A model generated the notes under the pieces. That model saw only the letters and a list, made by a program, of their open reading frames with translations. It did no database searches and had not been told where the DNA came from. DNA of 64,000 nt from Gammaproteobacteria bacterium (GTDB lineage Bacteria > Pseudomonadota > Gammaproteobacteria > GCA-001735895), in the NCBI GenBank assembly GCA_020354435.1, contig CP070646.1, positions 3,379,818 through 3,443,817 on the forward strand. Direction: 5' to 3'. The translations under genes and the position numbers were made by a program. Shown piece after piece: positions 20,519-30,062 of this stretch; the stretch's first letter is position 1; each line of letters begins with the position of its first letter.

Positions 20519-21532
20519 ATGAAAGTATTGGGAATCGAGACATCCTGTGACGAGACCGGTATTGCGGTCTACGACAGCGCCAGCGGCAGTATCTGGCAGC
20601 GGCTGTATTCGCAAATCGAAAAACATCGCGAGTACGGTGGCGTAGTGCCCGAGCTGGCGTCGCGCGATCACGTGGTCAAGGCGGCGCCGATGCTCGAGGA
20701 AATCCTCGCCGAAATCGGCAGTATCGACGATATCGATGCGATTGCCTATACTCGCGGGCCCGGCCTGATCGGTGCGCTGATGGTGGGAGCGAACCTGGCC
20801 CGGGGTCTTGCCTGGGCACTCGACAGGCCCGTGCTCGGCGTGCATCACATGGAAGGTCACCTGCTGGCGCCCATGCTGGCCGATGAAAAACCCGAGCTGC
20901 CGTTCGTTGCGCTGCTGGTTTCCGGCGGTCATACCCTGCTGGTCGACGTGCGCACGCTCGGTGATTACCGCATTCTCGGTGAAACCCTCGATGATGCGGT
21001 CGGCGAAGCCTTCGATAAAACCGCAAAACTGCTCGGTTTGCCTTACCCGGGCGGTCCCGAACTGGCGCAGTTGGCTGATTCTGTTAGTCAATCCCGTTTC
21101 GACTTTCCGCGTCCGATGACAACCCGCCCGGGACTCGAGTTCAGTTTTTCCGGGCTCAAAACCGCGGCATTGAACATCGTCAGGAAACATCAGCCACTCG
21201 ATGACGCGTTGCGTGCCGAAATTGCGCACGCGTTTCAACGGGCCGTGGTCGATACGCTCAAGATCAAGTGCCGCCGTGCACTGACCGAGACCGGTTACCG
21301 GAACCTGGTCATCGCGGGTGGCGTCGGCGCCAACCGGCACCTGCGCGAGGCACTCGGCAAGATGACCCGGGCGCATAATGCGCGGCTGTATTTTCCGGCG
21401 CTGGAATACTGTACCGATAACGGCGCGATGATCGCCTATGCCGGTGCCCTGCGTCTGCTGCAGGGTCAGCAGGATATCGAGGTGAGTGACGTACTGCCGC
21501 GCTGGTCGCTGGAATCCCTGTCAGTCATTTAG
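20519..21532 (+). CDS. tsaD: tRNA N6-adenosine threonylcarbamoyltransferase
   Basis: [13 protein letters not shown] start and the HHMEGH metal-binding motif. It is divergent from rpsU. The track ORF begins 11 codons earlier, at 20486. Confidence 0.95.
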   Translation: MKVLGIETSCDETGIAVYDSASGSIWQRLYSQIEKHREYGGVVPELASRDHVVKAAPMLEEILAEIGSIDDIDAIAYTRGPGLIGALMVGANLARGLAWALDRPVLGVHHMEGHLLAPMLADEKPELPFVALLVSGGHTLLVDVRTLGDYRILGETLDDAVGEAFDKTAKLLGLPYPGGPELAQLADSVSQSRFDFPRPMTTRPGLEFSFSGLKTAALNIVRKHQPLDDALRAEIAHAFQRAVVDTLKIKCRRALTETGYRNLVIAGGVGANRHLREALGKMTRAHNARLYFPALEYCTDNGAMIAYAGALRLLQGQQDIEVSDVLPRWSLESLSVI

Positions 21533-21542
21533 CTTCTTCAAA

Positions 21543-21586
21543 GGGATCAGTGTCGATTGATTTGAAAATCAATCGACACTGATCCC
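21543..21586. terminator. Perfect 21-bp-stem hairpin between convergent tsaD and plsY (candidate bidirectional terminator)
   Basis: GGGATCAGTGTCGATTGATTT / AAATCAATCGACACTGATCCC with a 2-nt centre. Only short T runs flank it on each strand. Confidence 0.55.
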
Positions 21587-21593
21587 GGGTTTG

Positions 21594-22169
21594 CTAGGAC
21601 TCGGTACCGCTGATCAGGCGCTGAATGTTGCTCTTGTGACGCCAGACCAGGACCAGGGACAATACGGCAAAAACGAATGCAATCCAGGGATCCTGGGTGC
21701 GCCAGTAGATTACCAGCGGCAAGACGCTGAACGAGATAATCGCCGCCAGCGACGAAATCTTAAACACCTTGGCGAACAGCAGCCAGATAGCGATCAGGAT
21801 TGCGCCCGCGATCCAGTCGAAGGCGACCGTTGCGGCGATCGCGGTGGCGACGCCTTTGCCGCCCTGAAAGCCGAAAAAAACCGGGAAGCAGTGACCAATA
21901 AAGGCGGCGAATCCGATCAATGCGAGCCACAACATGTCGACCTCGAGCAATCGCGCAAGCAAAACCGGAATCAGGCCCTTGAGAAAGTCTCCGAGCAGCG
22001 TAAAAAAAGCAGCCCTCCTGCCGGCAATGCGCAGTACGTTGGTTGCACCCGGATTATTTGAGCCCCCGCTGCGCGGATCGTCGAAACCCATGATCTTGCT
22101 CAACAGAATGGCCGACGAAATCGAGCCGAGCAGGTAAGCGAATAACAGTAAGGCGGTGGCTTCGAGCAT
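21594..22169 (-). CDS. plsY: Glycerol-3-phosphate acyltransferase PlsY
   Basis: 191-aa polytopic membrane protein with the GFQGGKGVAT motif. Confidence 0.9.
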   Translation of the reverse strand: MLEATALLLFAYLLGSISSAILLSKIMGFDDPRSGGSNNPGATNVLRIAGRRAAFFTLLGDFLKGLIPVLLARLLEVDMLWLALIGFAAFIGHCFPVFFGFQGGKGVATAIAATVAFDWIAGAILIAIWLLFAKVFKISSLAAIISFSVLPLVIYWRTQDPWIAFVFAVLSLVLVWRHKSNIQRLISGTES

Positions 22170-22251
22170 TTCTGGTTTTTGTGTTTGCCTGGCGGCACTC
22201 TACCAGATAAGGGGTGAGCTTACAGCCGCCACAATCGATTACAATTTACCC

Positions 22252-22587
22252 ATGAGTGGACAGAGCCTGATTTTACTGCACGGTTGGGGCATGAATCCCG
22301 CAGCCTGTCCGGTGACCTTTGGCGCCAGATCGAAGACGCTGGGCAGCCGGATAGTGGGGTGTTGCAATTCGTGCTCGATCTTTATGAAATACCAGGATTG
22401 CCGGGCGGACCTGGCGTTAATACGGATTCCGATCAAGTTGATACTCGGCGAACGCGACCGGCTGGTGCCGATCGAACTGAAGCCACGAATCGCTGATCTT
22501 GCTCCGGGGATTCAGGTAGAATCCGTCGCCGGCGCCGCGCATGCGCCGTTTTTATCGCATCCGACGCGAGTCGCTGCGCTATTATAA
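22252..22587 (+). pseudogene. bioH: Decayed bioH (pimeloyl-ACP methyl ester esterase) with internal deletion and frameshifts
   Basis: It starts MSGQSLILLHGWGMN and ends LILGERDRLVP...AGAAHAPFLSHP, the N- and C-terminal signatures of BioH. Only about 111 codons remain and the GxSxG nucleophile region is absent. The expected VWRQI continuation after HGWGMNPA appears in another frame (track ORF 22284-22496). Confidence 0.55.
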
Positions 22588-22631
22588 GGTGTGCCCGGCG
22601 AGGGCGCTTCAGATACGACCCGGGAGTAGTC

Positions 22632-23441
22632 TTGGACCTGCTTAATCCACCTCGGCTGGATAAGGAAATAGTCAAGAAATGCTTTAATCGTGCGGCTAAA
22701 AGCTACGATAATGCAGCTATCTTGCAGGAAGAGGTATTGGAAAGATTATTGCAGCGACTGCAGTACATACGTCACCAGCCGGAGACGATTGTCGATATTG
22801 GTTGCGCTACCGGCAAGGGTATCCGCGGCCTGCAACGGCAATACCCCGGGGCGCAGGTATATGCCGCCGATATCGCTTTTCAAATGCTACTACAGGCGCG
22901 TTCGCGCTACCGCCTGCTGACAAAAAAGCGCCTGATAACCGCCGACATGGAGCGATTGCCGTTCGCCTCGGCCAGCTTCGACCTGGTATTTTCGTCGCTG
23001 GCGCTGCATTGGAGCAATGACCTGCGCGCAACCCTGACCGAGTTTGCACGTATTGCCAAACCTGGGGCCTTGCTGTTGTTTACCAGTTTTGGTCCCGGTA
23101 CCCTGCAGGAGCTCGCATCGAGTTGGCGCCGGCTGGACGATTATCCGCATGTGCATCAGTTCGTCGATATGCATGACGTTGGCGACGCGATGCTCGCCGC
23201 CGGTTTCGCCCAACCGGTGGTCGACGCCGAGACCATTCGCATGCAGTATCGCGATTTTCGTGTACTGCTGGATGACCTGAGGGTGATCGGTGCCACCAAC
23301 GCCGACGTTAGCCGGCGGCGCGGATTGATGACGCCGGCGAAGCTACGCGATCTCGAGGCTTGTTATCGCGAAAACGGGTTCGAGGATGACCGGTTTATCG
23401 CCAGTTACGAAGTAGTGTATGGTCACGCCTGGGTTGACTGA
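22632..23441 (+). CDS. bioC: Malonyl-ACP O-methyltransferase
   Basis: 269-aa ORF with FNRAAKSYDNAAILQEEV and the SAM motif VDIGCATG. It sits directly after the bioH remnant. Confidence 0.85.
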   Translation: MDLLNPPRLDKEIVKKCFNRAAKSYDNAAILQEEVLERLLQRLQYIRHQPETIVDIGCATGKGIRGLQRQYPGAQVYAADIAFQMLLQARSRYRLLTKKRLITADMERLPFASASFDLVFSSLALHWSNDLRATLTEFARIAKPGALLLFTSFGPGTLQELASSWRRLDDYPHVHQFVDMHDVGDAMLAAGFAQPVVDAETIRMQYRDFRVLLDDLRVIGATNADVSRRRGLMTPAKLRDLEACYRENGFEDDRFIASYEVVYGHAWVD

Positions 23442-23442
23442 C

Positions 23443-23661
23443 CTAACCCGGCGGCAGCACGCCGTGAGGCTGGATCCAGCCCATGAAAAATGCCAGTGCT
23501 ATGAAAACAAAGGTCGCGATGGACAAGGCGATGCGGAAGGTCAGGAATCGCGCTGTGCGGTTGGATTCACCGCGATCCTTGACCAGGCTGAACATGCCGG
23601 CACCGAGACTGAGCACGATGAGTAGCAACAAAACGAGGATGATGACTTTTACCATGGGCAT
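23443..23661 (-). CDS. Twin-transmembrane-helix small protein (DUF2909-like)
   Basis: Two hydrophobic helices in about 72 aa. This type of small protein is typically linked to aa3 oxidase clusters. The start was chosen at MPMVKV; the track ORF begins at 23691. Confidence 0.65.
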   Translation of the reverse strand: MPMVKVIILVLLLLIVLSLGAGMFSLVKDRGESNRTARFLTFRIALSIATFVFIALAFFMGWIQPHGVLPPG

Positions 23662-23718
23662 GTGTGCGTTTGTACTTTGCGAAACCTGCATTCTACCGCT
23701 TCACGGGCGACTGTCGAC

Positions 23719-24435
23719 ATGATTCTGTTCGGTCGCCGATTCAAACCCGCCTGGTGGTCGACGCTTTTGACCAGTGCAGGCGTGATTTTGTTCCTTGTGC
23801 TGGGTAACTGGCAGCTCGAGCGCGCGGCTTACAAGCAATCGCTGAAGGACAAGTTCGAGGCTCGCCTGACACAGGATTACCAACTGTACAGGCCCGGTGA
23901 CGAAACGCAGGATATGCAGTATCGCAGGCTGATCATGAAGGGAAAGTTCGACAAATCGCGCAATTTCCTGCTGGACAATCAGTTACACCAGGGCAGGGCC
24001 GGTTACCACGTGTTGACGCCGCTCGAGCTCGCTGACAGCGATCACGTAATCCTGGTCAACCGCGGCTGGGCTGCATGGGGCGCCTCGCGCGATCCATTAC
24101 CGGAAATCCAGGCGCCCGAGCTGAGCAATCGCGTTGCGGGCATCATCAGCATTCCGAGCAAGCCACCATTGTTGCTCGGCGAATTCGGCGGCGCGGCAGG
24201 CTGGCCGCGGCTGATTCCCTATATTGATTTCGATATTCTGCGCGCGCAGTATTCGGATCAATTATTGCCGATGGTGCTGTGGCTGGCGCCGGAGCAACCG
24301 GGAAGATACGTGCGCAACTGGAATCCGGTCTGGTTGCCGCCGGAAAAAAGCCGCGCCTATGCGACACAATGGTTTGCGTTTGCCGCTGTCGCGCTGGTGT
24401 TGTTTATCGTACTGAATTTGCGGAAAGTCGAATGA
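23719..24435 (+). CDS. SURF1 family cytochrome oxidase assembly protein
   Basis: N-terminal FKPAWWSTLLT...LGNWQLERAAYK and a C-terminal TM helix, the characteristic SURF1 architecture. The start was chosen at MILFGRRF. Confidence 0.85.
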   Translation: MILFGRRFKPAWWSTLLTSAGVILFLVLGNWQLERAAYKQSLKDKFEARLTQDYQLYRPGDETQDMQYRRLIMKGKFDKSRNFLLDNQLHQGRAGYHVLTPLELADSDHVILVNRGWAAWGASRDPLPEIQAPELSNRVAGIISIPSKPPLLLGEFGGAAGWPRLIPYIDFDILRAQYSDQLLPMVLWLAPEQPGRYVRNWNPVWLPPEKSRAYATQWFAFAAVALVLFIVLNLRKVE

Positions 24436-25037
24436 GCGAGGAAGAATCGAACAAGCTGTTGTGGCATCGAATCAAGTTACTGGCGTTGATCGGAGTGTTC
24501 CTGGCGCCTTTTATTGGCGGCTGGCTGGCACTGTACGTGTTCGAACTGAGACCGGAAAGCGGCAACTACGGCAGCCTCGTGCAACCGGTCAGGAAGGTCG
24601 ACTGGCCGCAGTTCGAGGCGAGCGATGGCAGGCGCTTCGACGGTGGTTTTGGGCGCAAGTGGACTTTCCTGCTGTTTTCCGGTGAGGCCTGCAACGATCT
24701 CTGCCGTAACAACCTGTTCTACATGCGCCAGATCAGAACACTGCTCGGGCGTGATACCCTGCGCCTGCAAAACGTCTTGATCAGCGCAACGCCGCTGGAC
24801 GATAAAACCCGGGTATATCTGGGCGAGTTTCCGAACCTGATCGTGATCGAGAATTACCGCGATGAAAATCTTTACCGGCAGTTCCAGTTGCCAGGCAACG
24901 AAGAAGTGGGTGCCACCCCCAGGATGTACCTGGTCGATCCCGACCAGAACCTGATGATGCATTATCCGGCCGAACACGACCAGGATCGGGTGCTAGAGGA
25001 TATTCGCAAATTGTTGAAGTTGTCACAGATCGGTTAG
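24432..25037 (+). CDS. SCO-like thioredoxin-fold membrane protein (oxidase cluster)
   Basis: One N-terminal TM helix, then FLLFSGEACNDLC (a CxxxC at the position of the SCO1 CPDxCP motif). It overlaps the SURF1 stop by 4 nt. The family assignment is tentative. Confidence 0.5.
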   Translation: MSEEESNKLLWHRIKLLALIGVFLAPFIGGWLALYVFELRPESGNYGSLVQPVRKVDWPQFEASDGRRFDGGFGRKWTFLLFSGEACNDLCRNNLFYMRQIRTLLGRDTLRLQNVLISATPLDDKTRVYLGEFPNLIVIENYRDENLYRQFQLPGNEEVGATPRMYLVDPDQNLMMHYPAEHDQDRVLEDIRKLLKLSQIG

Positions 25038-25194
25038 GTGGCAGCGTCTGTCTAGCCGTTGTTTCAGTCGTGGCGAAAATCGATTGCTGAGATTTGTGAC
25101 CGAGTTCTGATATCATCGCGCAATTGAATCCGGGCTGGAATGTCTGTATAAAGGCCACCTTTTTTCCGACATTAACGAGAGCAGACGAGTTTTC

Positions 25195-26097
25195 ATGAGC
25201 ACGCTTACGCTGGCATCGTGGTCGCAGTATTACAACCTGACCAAACCCAAGGTGGTTTTACTGATCGTGTTTACCGCGATGGTCGGTATGCTGCTCGCGG
25301 CCGATGGCGCCGTGTCGCTGGATATTTTCGTGTTTGGTCTGCTGGGTATCGGTCTCGCTGCGGCCTCGGGCGCCGCGATCAATCACGTCGTCGATGAACA
25401 TATCGACCGCATCATGGAGCGCACCCGCAACCGGCCGCTGGTCAGCGGTGAGCTCGATCAGAAATCGGCGCTAATTTTCGCGCTCGCAATCGGCGCGCTT
25501 GGAATTTCGATGCTGGTGGTGTTCGTCAACCTGCTGACCGCGATCCTGACCTTTTTCTCGCTGGTTGGTTACGCGTTGATATACACGATGTATCTGAAGC
25601 GCGCGACGCCACAGAATATCGTGCTCGGTGGAGCCGCCGGCGCCGCGCCGCCGTTGCTGGGCTGGACCGCGGTAACCGGCAGCGTCGACACCGAGGCGCT
25701 TTTGTTGTTCCTGATCATCTTTATCTGGACGCCGCCGCACTTCTGGGCGTTGGCGATTCGCCGGCGCGAGGAATATGCCAAGGCCGATATCCCGATGCTA
25801 CCGGTGACCCATGGCGTTACCTTCACCAAGATCCAGATACTGCTGTATACGATCCTGTTGTTCATCGTCACGATGATGCCGTTTCTGGTGCAGATGAGTG
25901 GACTGATCTACCTCTCGGGCGCGATCGCGCTCGGCGTCGGATTCCTGTACTACGCGATCATGCTGTACCGCGAGAAACAGCCCAATGTGATCGCGATGAA
26001 AACTTTTGGCTATTCGATTTTTTACCTGAGCCTGTTGTTTGCCTTTTTCCTGGCGGATCACTACGCCCGCGTCTTTATCCGCGGCTGGTTTCTCTAG
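25195..26097 (+). CDS. ctaB: Protoheme IX farnesyltransferase (heme O synthase)
   Basis: 300-aa polytopic UbiA-family protein with NHVVDEHIDRIMERTRNRPL and WTPPHFWALA. Confidence 0.9.
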   Translation: MSTLTLASWSQYYNLTKPKVVLLIVFTAMVGMLLAADGAVSLDIFVFGLLGIGLAAASGAAINHVVDEHIDRIMERTRNRPLVSGELDQKSALIFALAIGALGISMLVVFVNLLTAILTFFSLVGYALIYTMYLKRATPQNIVLGGAAGAAPPLLGWTAVTGSVDTEALLLFLIIFIWTPPHFWALAIRRREEYAKADIPMLPVTHGVTFTKIQILLYTILLFIVTMMPFLVQMSGLIYLSGAIALGVGFLYYAIMLYREKQPNVIAMKTFGYSIFYLSLLFAFFLADHYARVFIRGWFL

Positions 26098-26105
26098 TTT
26101 TACCC

Positions 26106-26187
26106 GTCATTGCGAGCGCAGCGAAGCAATCTTTATGAGATTGCTGCGTCCCGCCACGGCCTTCGGCCTGGCGGTCCTCGCAATGAC
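26106..26187. repeat. Nested-palindrome intergenic repeat, family A copy 2
   Basis: GTCATTGCGAG...GCGAAGCAATC...GATTGCTGCG...GGTCCTCGCAATGAC. It lies between the convergent ctaB and DUF2970 genes. Confidence 0.75.
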
Positions 26188-26203
26188 ATTTGGTAAAGAA
26201 TTC

Positions 26204-26437
26204 CTAGTTGCCGGTAAAATGCAGCACTAGCTGTACGACGCCGATCAGCGTCAATACGAACAGCAGACCAAAAAGCAATCCCATCCAGATAAAATGTGAC
26301 ATCTTGCCGTGTTTGAAATCGCGTTCGCGATTGGCGTTGCTCTGCACGCCGATGAAAGCCGCCATCGTGCTCTTCAGCAGTTGCCAGAAGCCGATTTGAA
26401 CTTCTTCTTCCGGCGGTGTATTTTCTGGACTCTCCAA
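26204..26437 (-). CDS. DUF2970-like small membrane protein
   Basis: 77-aa ORF with FIGVQSNANRERDF followed by one TM helix, the pattern I recognise for DUF2970. Confidence 0.6.
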   Translation of the reverse strand: MESPENTPPEEEVQIGFWQLLKSTMAAFIGVQSNANRERDFKHGKMSHFIWMGLLFGLLFVLTLIGVVQLVLHFTGN

Positions 26438-26528
26438 GGCTGTTATCTTTCTGTTTTACCGTGGCCGTTAGTCTGACGGGCAGAAGGTATGGATCAAATA
26501 GATCTTTGGTAATGGATTGTAAATCAAA

Positions 26529-27008
26529 ATGATCAACATCGACAAAGTCAGTTCCGGTAATGGCTACCGATTCGTCATTTTGCCCAATTGCTCGATCAGT
26601 TGGCGGCAACTGGTCGTATTTTACCTGCTGACCTGCCTGCTCGCACTTGCGATTGGGCTGCTATTCACCTTTGGCGGCATGTGGCTGGTGTTGCCATTTT
26701 CCGGGCTCGAAATGATGGCGCTCGGTACCGCGCTGTACCTGACATCGCGCAAGGTCCACCGGCGCGAAGTGATTACCCTCGATTCCAACCGCGTTACCAT
26801 CGAAAAGGGCGTCAGCCGGGTCGATCAGAGCTGGGAATTCAAGACCGCCGGAACCCGGCTGATCGACGAAAAATACGGGGCTGCAGGAAGCCGGCGGAAG
26901 CTGGTGCTGGGCGCTTACGGCAGATACGTTGAGATCGGCGAATTTCTCGATAATTTGGAGAAGGATGAGCTAGCGTTTCGATTGAAAGACTGTATAATTC
27001 GCGTTTGA
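26529..27008 (+). CDS. DUF2244-like integral membrane protein upstream of coxB
   Basis: 159-aa ORF with two adjacent TM helices followed by RREVITLDSNRVTIEKG. This is the typical architecture and position next to coxB. Confidence 0.6.
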   Translation: MINIDKVSSGNGYRFVILPNCSISWRQLVVFYLLTCLLALAIGLLFTFGGMWLVLPFSGLEMMALGTALYLTSRKVHRREVITLDSNRVTIEKGVSRVDQSWEFKTAGTRLIDEKYGAAGSRRKLVLGAYGRYVEIGEFLDNLEKDELAFRLKDCIIRV

Positions 27009-27140
27009 TTTTCAAGCGCCGCCTGACGATATGGGCCCCCTTCCGGGGTAGTTCGCGCAGGTGGCATTTTTATATTCAAATGCCGGCATATCTACCGCGG
27101 GCTTTTATAAATGCGGTAATTTGCAATAGGGGAGTTGATA

Positions 27141-28274
27141 ATGACATTTGACAAGTTGCCCGGACGCTGGCTGGCGTCTTTGTCGGGCCTGATTTCGGTG
27201 CTGGTTGCATTTTCTGCACAAGCCGAATACGAACTCAACATGACCCAGGGGGTCACACCGATCAGCCAGGAAATCTATAACCTGCACATGATCGTCTTCT
27301 GGATCTGCGTCGTTATCGGGATCGGGGTGTTCGGGGCCATGGGCTGGTCTATCCTGTATCATCGCAAATCGAAGGGTGCGCAGGCCGCCAATTTCCACGA
27401 AAGCACCACGATCGAAATCGTCTGGACCGTCGTCCCGTTGCTTATTTTGATCGCCATCGCAATTCCGGCAACCGCTACCCTGCTCAACCTCGAAAACACG
27501 GATAACGCCGATATCGAGATACAGGTAACCGGTATCCAGTGGAAGTGGAAATATACCTACCTCGACGAGGGAGTTACTTTCGTCAGCAGCCTGGCGCAGG
27601 AAAGCCGTGATGTCATGAATAGCGACCCCACCGGTCATGAAAACTACCTGCTCGACGTCGACAAACCGATTGTTTTGCCTATCAACAAGAAGATCCGTTT
27701 CCTGTTCAACTCCGACGACGTTATTCACGCCTGGTGGGTACCGGAACTCGCGGTCAAGCAGGACGCGCTGCCCGGCTTCATCAACGATTCCTGGGCGATT
27801 ATCGAAGAACCGGGCGTTTATCGTGGCCAGTGCGCCGAACTCTGTGGCAAGGATCACGGCTTCATGCCGATCGTCGTGCACGCCGTCGGTGAAGACGAGT
27901 ACGCGCAATGGATCGCCGAAAAGAAAGCCGAAGCGGCCGAGGTCGCAGCCATGGCCGCTCAGGAATTTTCGATGCAGGATTTGATTGCACAAGGTGAAAC
28001 CGTCTACCAGGCTAACTGCGCGGCCTGCCACGGTCCCACTGGTGCCGGTATCCCGGGTGCTTTCCCGGCCATGACCGGCAGCGCGATAGTAACCGGTCCG
28101 ATTGACGCTCACATCGATATCGTCTTGAACGGCAAGGCCGGCACCGCGATGGCGGCCTACAAGGGGCAGCTCAGCGATGTCGATCTGGCCGCGGTCATCA
28201 CCTTCGAAAGAAATAGTTTGGGCAACAGCGTGGGTGACCTGGTTCAACCCTCCGCCATCAAGAATGCAAGATAA
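27141..28274 (+). CDS. coxB: Cytochrome c oxidase subunit II with C-terminal cytochrome c domain
   Basis: CuA site HAWWVPE...CAELCGKDHGFM and heme c site CAACHG. The ATG at 27141 is preceded by GGGGAG. Confidence 0.95.
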   Translation: MTFDKLPGRWLASLSGLISVLVAFSAQAEYELNMTQGVTPISQEIYNLHMIVFWICVVIGIGVFGAMGWSILYHRKSKGAQAANFHESTTIEIVWTVVPLLILIAIAIPATATLLNLENTDNADIEIQVTGIQWKWKYTYLDEGVTFVSSLAQESRDVMNSDPTGHENYLLDVDKPIVLPINKKIRFLFNSDDVIHAWWVPELAVKQDALPGFINDSWAIIEEPGVYRGQCAELCGKDHGFMPIVVHAVGEDEYAQWIAEKKAEAAEVAAMAAQEFSMQDLIAQGETVYQANCAACHGPTGAGIPGAFPAMTGSAIVTGPIDAHIDIVLNGKAGTAMAAYKGQLSDVDLAAVITFERNSLGNSVGDLVQPSAIKNAR

Positions 28275-28285
28275 AGGGGAGTTAG

Positions 28286-29881
28286 ATGTCTACTGAAATT
28301 ACACACGGCGACGTTCACGAAGAACATCACGATCACGGACCCGACAAGGGCTTGATGCGCTGGGTTACCACGACCAACCACAAGGATATCGGTACCTTAT
28401 ACCTGTGGCTGGCGTTTATCATGCTGCTGGTCGGCGGAGCGATGGCGATGGTAATCCGCCTGGAGCTGTTCCAGCCGGGCCTGCAGTGGGTCGAGCCGCA
28501 GTTTTTCAACCAGATGACCACTCTGCACGGTTTGATCATGGTTTTCGGTGCGATCATGCCGGCCTTCGTCGGACTTGCCAACTGGCTGGTCCCGATCATG
28601 ATCGGTGCGCCCGACATGGCGCTGCCGCGCATGAATAACTGGAGTTTCTGGATCCTGCCGTTCGCGTTTACAATGCTCGCCAGCACGCTGTTTATGGAAG
28701 GTGGCGGACCGGCATTTGGCTGGACCTTTTATGCACCGCTGTCGACGACCTTCGCCCCTGACAGCACCGATTTTTTCATCTTCGCGGTTCACCTGATGGG
28801 TATATCGTCGGTCATGGGCGCGATCAACGTGATCGCGACCATTCTGAACATGCGTGCCCCTGGTATGACGCTGATGAAAATGCCGCTGTTCGTCTGGACC
28901 TGGCTCATCACAGCTTACCTGTTGATCGCGGTTATGCCGGTGCTCGCGGGCGTGGTCACGATGATGCTGACCGACCGCCATTTCGGCACCTCGTTCTTCG
29001 ATGCCGCCGGTGGCGGCGATCCGGTCCTGTTCCAGCACGTGTTCTGGTTCTTCGGCCATCCCGAGGTGTACATCATGATCCTGCCGGCCTTCGGAATCAT
29101 TTCGGCGATCGTACCGACCTTTGCGCGCAAGCCGCTGTTCGGCTACAGCTCGATGGTTTATGCATCGGCGTCGATTGCGCTGCTGTCATTCATGGTATGG
29201 GCTCACCACATGTATACCGTCGGCATGCCGGTAGCGGGCGAGCTTTACTTCATGTACGCGACCATTCTGATCTCGGTGCCGACCGGGGTTAAGGTTTTCA
29301 ACTGGGTTGCCACCATGTGGCGTGGTTCGATGACTTTCGAAACCCCGATGCTGTGGGCGCTGGGTTTCATCATCATGTTCACCATTGGAGGTTTCTCCGG
29401 GCTTATGCTCGGTGTCGCGCCGGTGGATACCCAGTACCACGATACCTATTTCGTGGTTGCGCACTTTCACTATGTTCTGGTAACCGGTGCGTTGTTCTCG
29501 ATCATCGCCGCGTTTTACTACTGGGTGCCGAAGTGGACCGGGCATATGTACGATGAGAGGCTCGGCAAGATCCACTTCTGGTGGTCGACGATTTCGGTCA
29601 ACCTGTTGTTCTTCCCGCAGCATTTCGTCGGGCTGGCCGGCATGCCGCGCCGGATTCCGGATTACTCACTGCAGTTCGCCGAGTTTAACGCGATCTCGAG
29701 TATCGGTGGATTTGCTTTCGGTCTGGCGCAGGTGTTCTTCCTGTACATCGTTATCAAGACGATTCGCGGTGGCGTCAAGGCCACCGACAAGGTATGGGAA
29801 GGCGCGACCGGCCTCGAATTCGAACAATTGCCTTCGCCGCCGCCGTACCATAGCTTCACCGTGGCGCCGCAAGTCAAGTAA
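28286..29881 (+). CDS. coxA: Cytochrome c oxidase subunit I
   Basis: 531-aa ORF with WFFGHPEVY and the HHMYTVG motif. Confidence 0.95.
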   Translation: MSTEITHGDVHEEHHDHGPDKGLMRWVTTTNHKDIGTLYLWLAFIMLLVGGAMAMVIRLELFQPGLQWVEPQFFNQMTTLHGLIMVFGAIMPAFVGLANWLVPIMIGAPDMALPRMNNWSFWILPFAFTMLASTLFMEGGGPAFGWTFYAPLSTTFAPDSTDFFIFAVHLMGISSVMGAINVIATILNMRAPGMTLMKMPLFVWTWLITAYLLIAVMPVLAGVVTMMLTDRHFGTSFFDAAGGGDPVLFQHVFWFFGHPEVYIMILPAFGIISAIVPTFARKPLFGYSSMVYASASIALLSFMVWAHHMYTVGMPVAGELYFMYATILISVPTGVKVFNWVATMWRGSMTFETPMLWALGFIIMFTIGGFSGLMLGVAPVDTQYHDTYFVVAHFHYVLVTGALFSIIAAFYYWVPKWTGHMYDERLGKIHFWWSTISVNLLFFPQHFVGLAGMPRRIPDYSLQFAEFNAISSIGGFAFGLAQVFFLYIVIKTIRGGVKATDKVWEGATGLEFEQLPSPPPYHSFTVAPQVK

Positions 29882-29927
29882 GGATGGAATGGATCCCGGT
29901 CGGCCAGGTGTCGGCCGGGTTTTATAA

Positions 29928-30062
29928 ATGTCGAACAGGCAGCAGGTTCAGGATGAGGATACGCGCAAACGGCGGATGCGTCTGGCCGTTATCGTAATCG
30001 CCCATGTGCTTATAGTAATGACGTTTTTTGTATCATCATTTTTCTGGAATAAGTTTTCATGA
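29928..30062 (+). CDS. Unlisted 44-codon single-TM ORF between coxA and ctaG (candidate cytochrome oxidase small assembly protein)
   Basis: My own translation is MSNRQQVQDEDTRKRRMRLAVIVIAHVLIVMTFFVSSFFWNKFS, a basic N-terminus followed by one hydrophobic helix. Its TGA (30060-30062) overlaps the ctaG ATG (30059-30061). There is no strong Shine-Dalgarno sequence. Confidence 0.45.
   Translation: MSNRQQVQDEDTRKRRMRLAVIVIAHVLIVMTFFVSSFFWNKFS

Noticed and set aside
20432-21376. 314-aa ORF antisense to tsaD
   Set aside because: Same reasoning. tsaD is clearly the real gene ([14 protein letters not shown]), and the antisense ORF has no motifs and a low-complexity composition.
22156-22251. N-terminal 32-codon extension of the bioH-like ORF overlapping the plsY start
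   Set aside because: The BioH-like similarity begins at the Met at 22252. The extension overlaps plsY on the opposite strand and has no homology signal.
27105-28247. 380-aa ORF antisense to coxB, almost exactly co-extensive with it
   Set aside because: The coxB frame carries unmistakable CuA and heme c motifs. The antisense product is Arg/Gly/Asp-rich with no recognisable motif, start context or RBS. Shadow ORFs of this kind are expected in GC-rich coding DNA.
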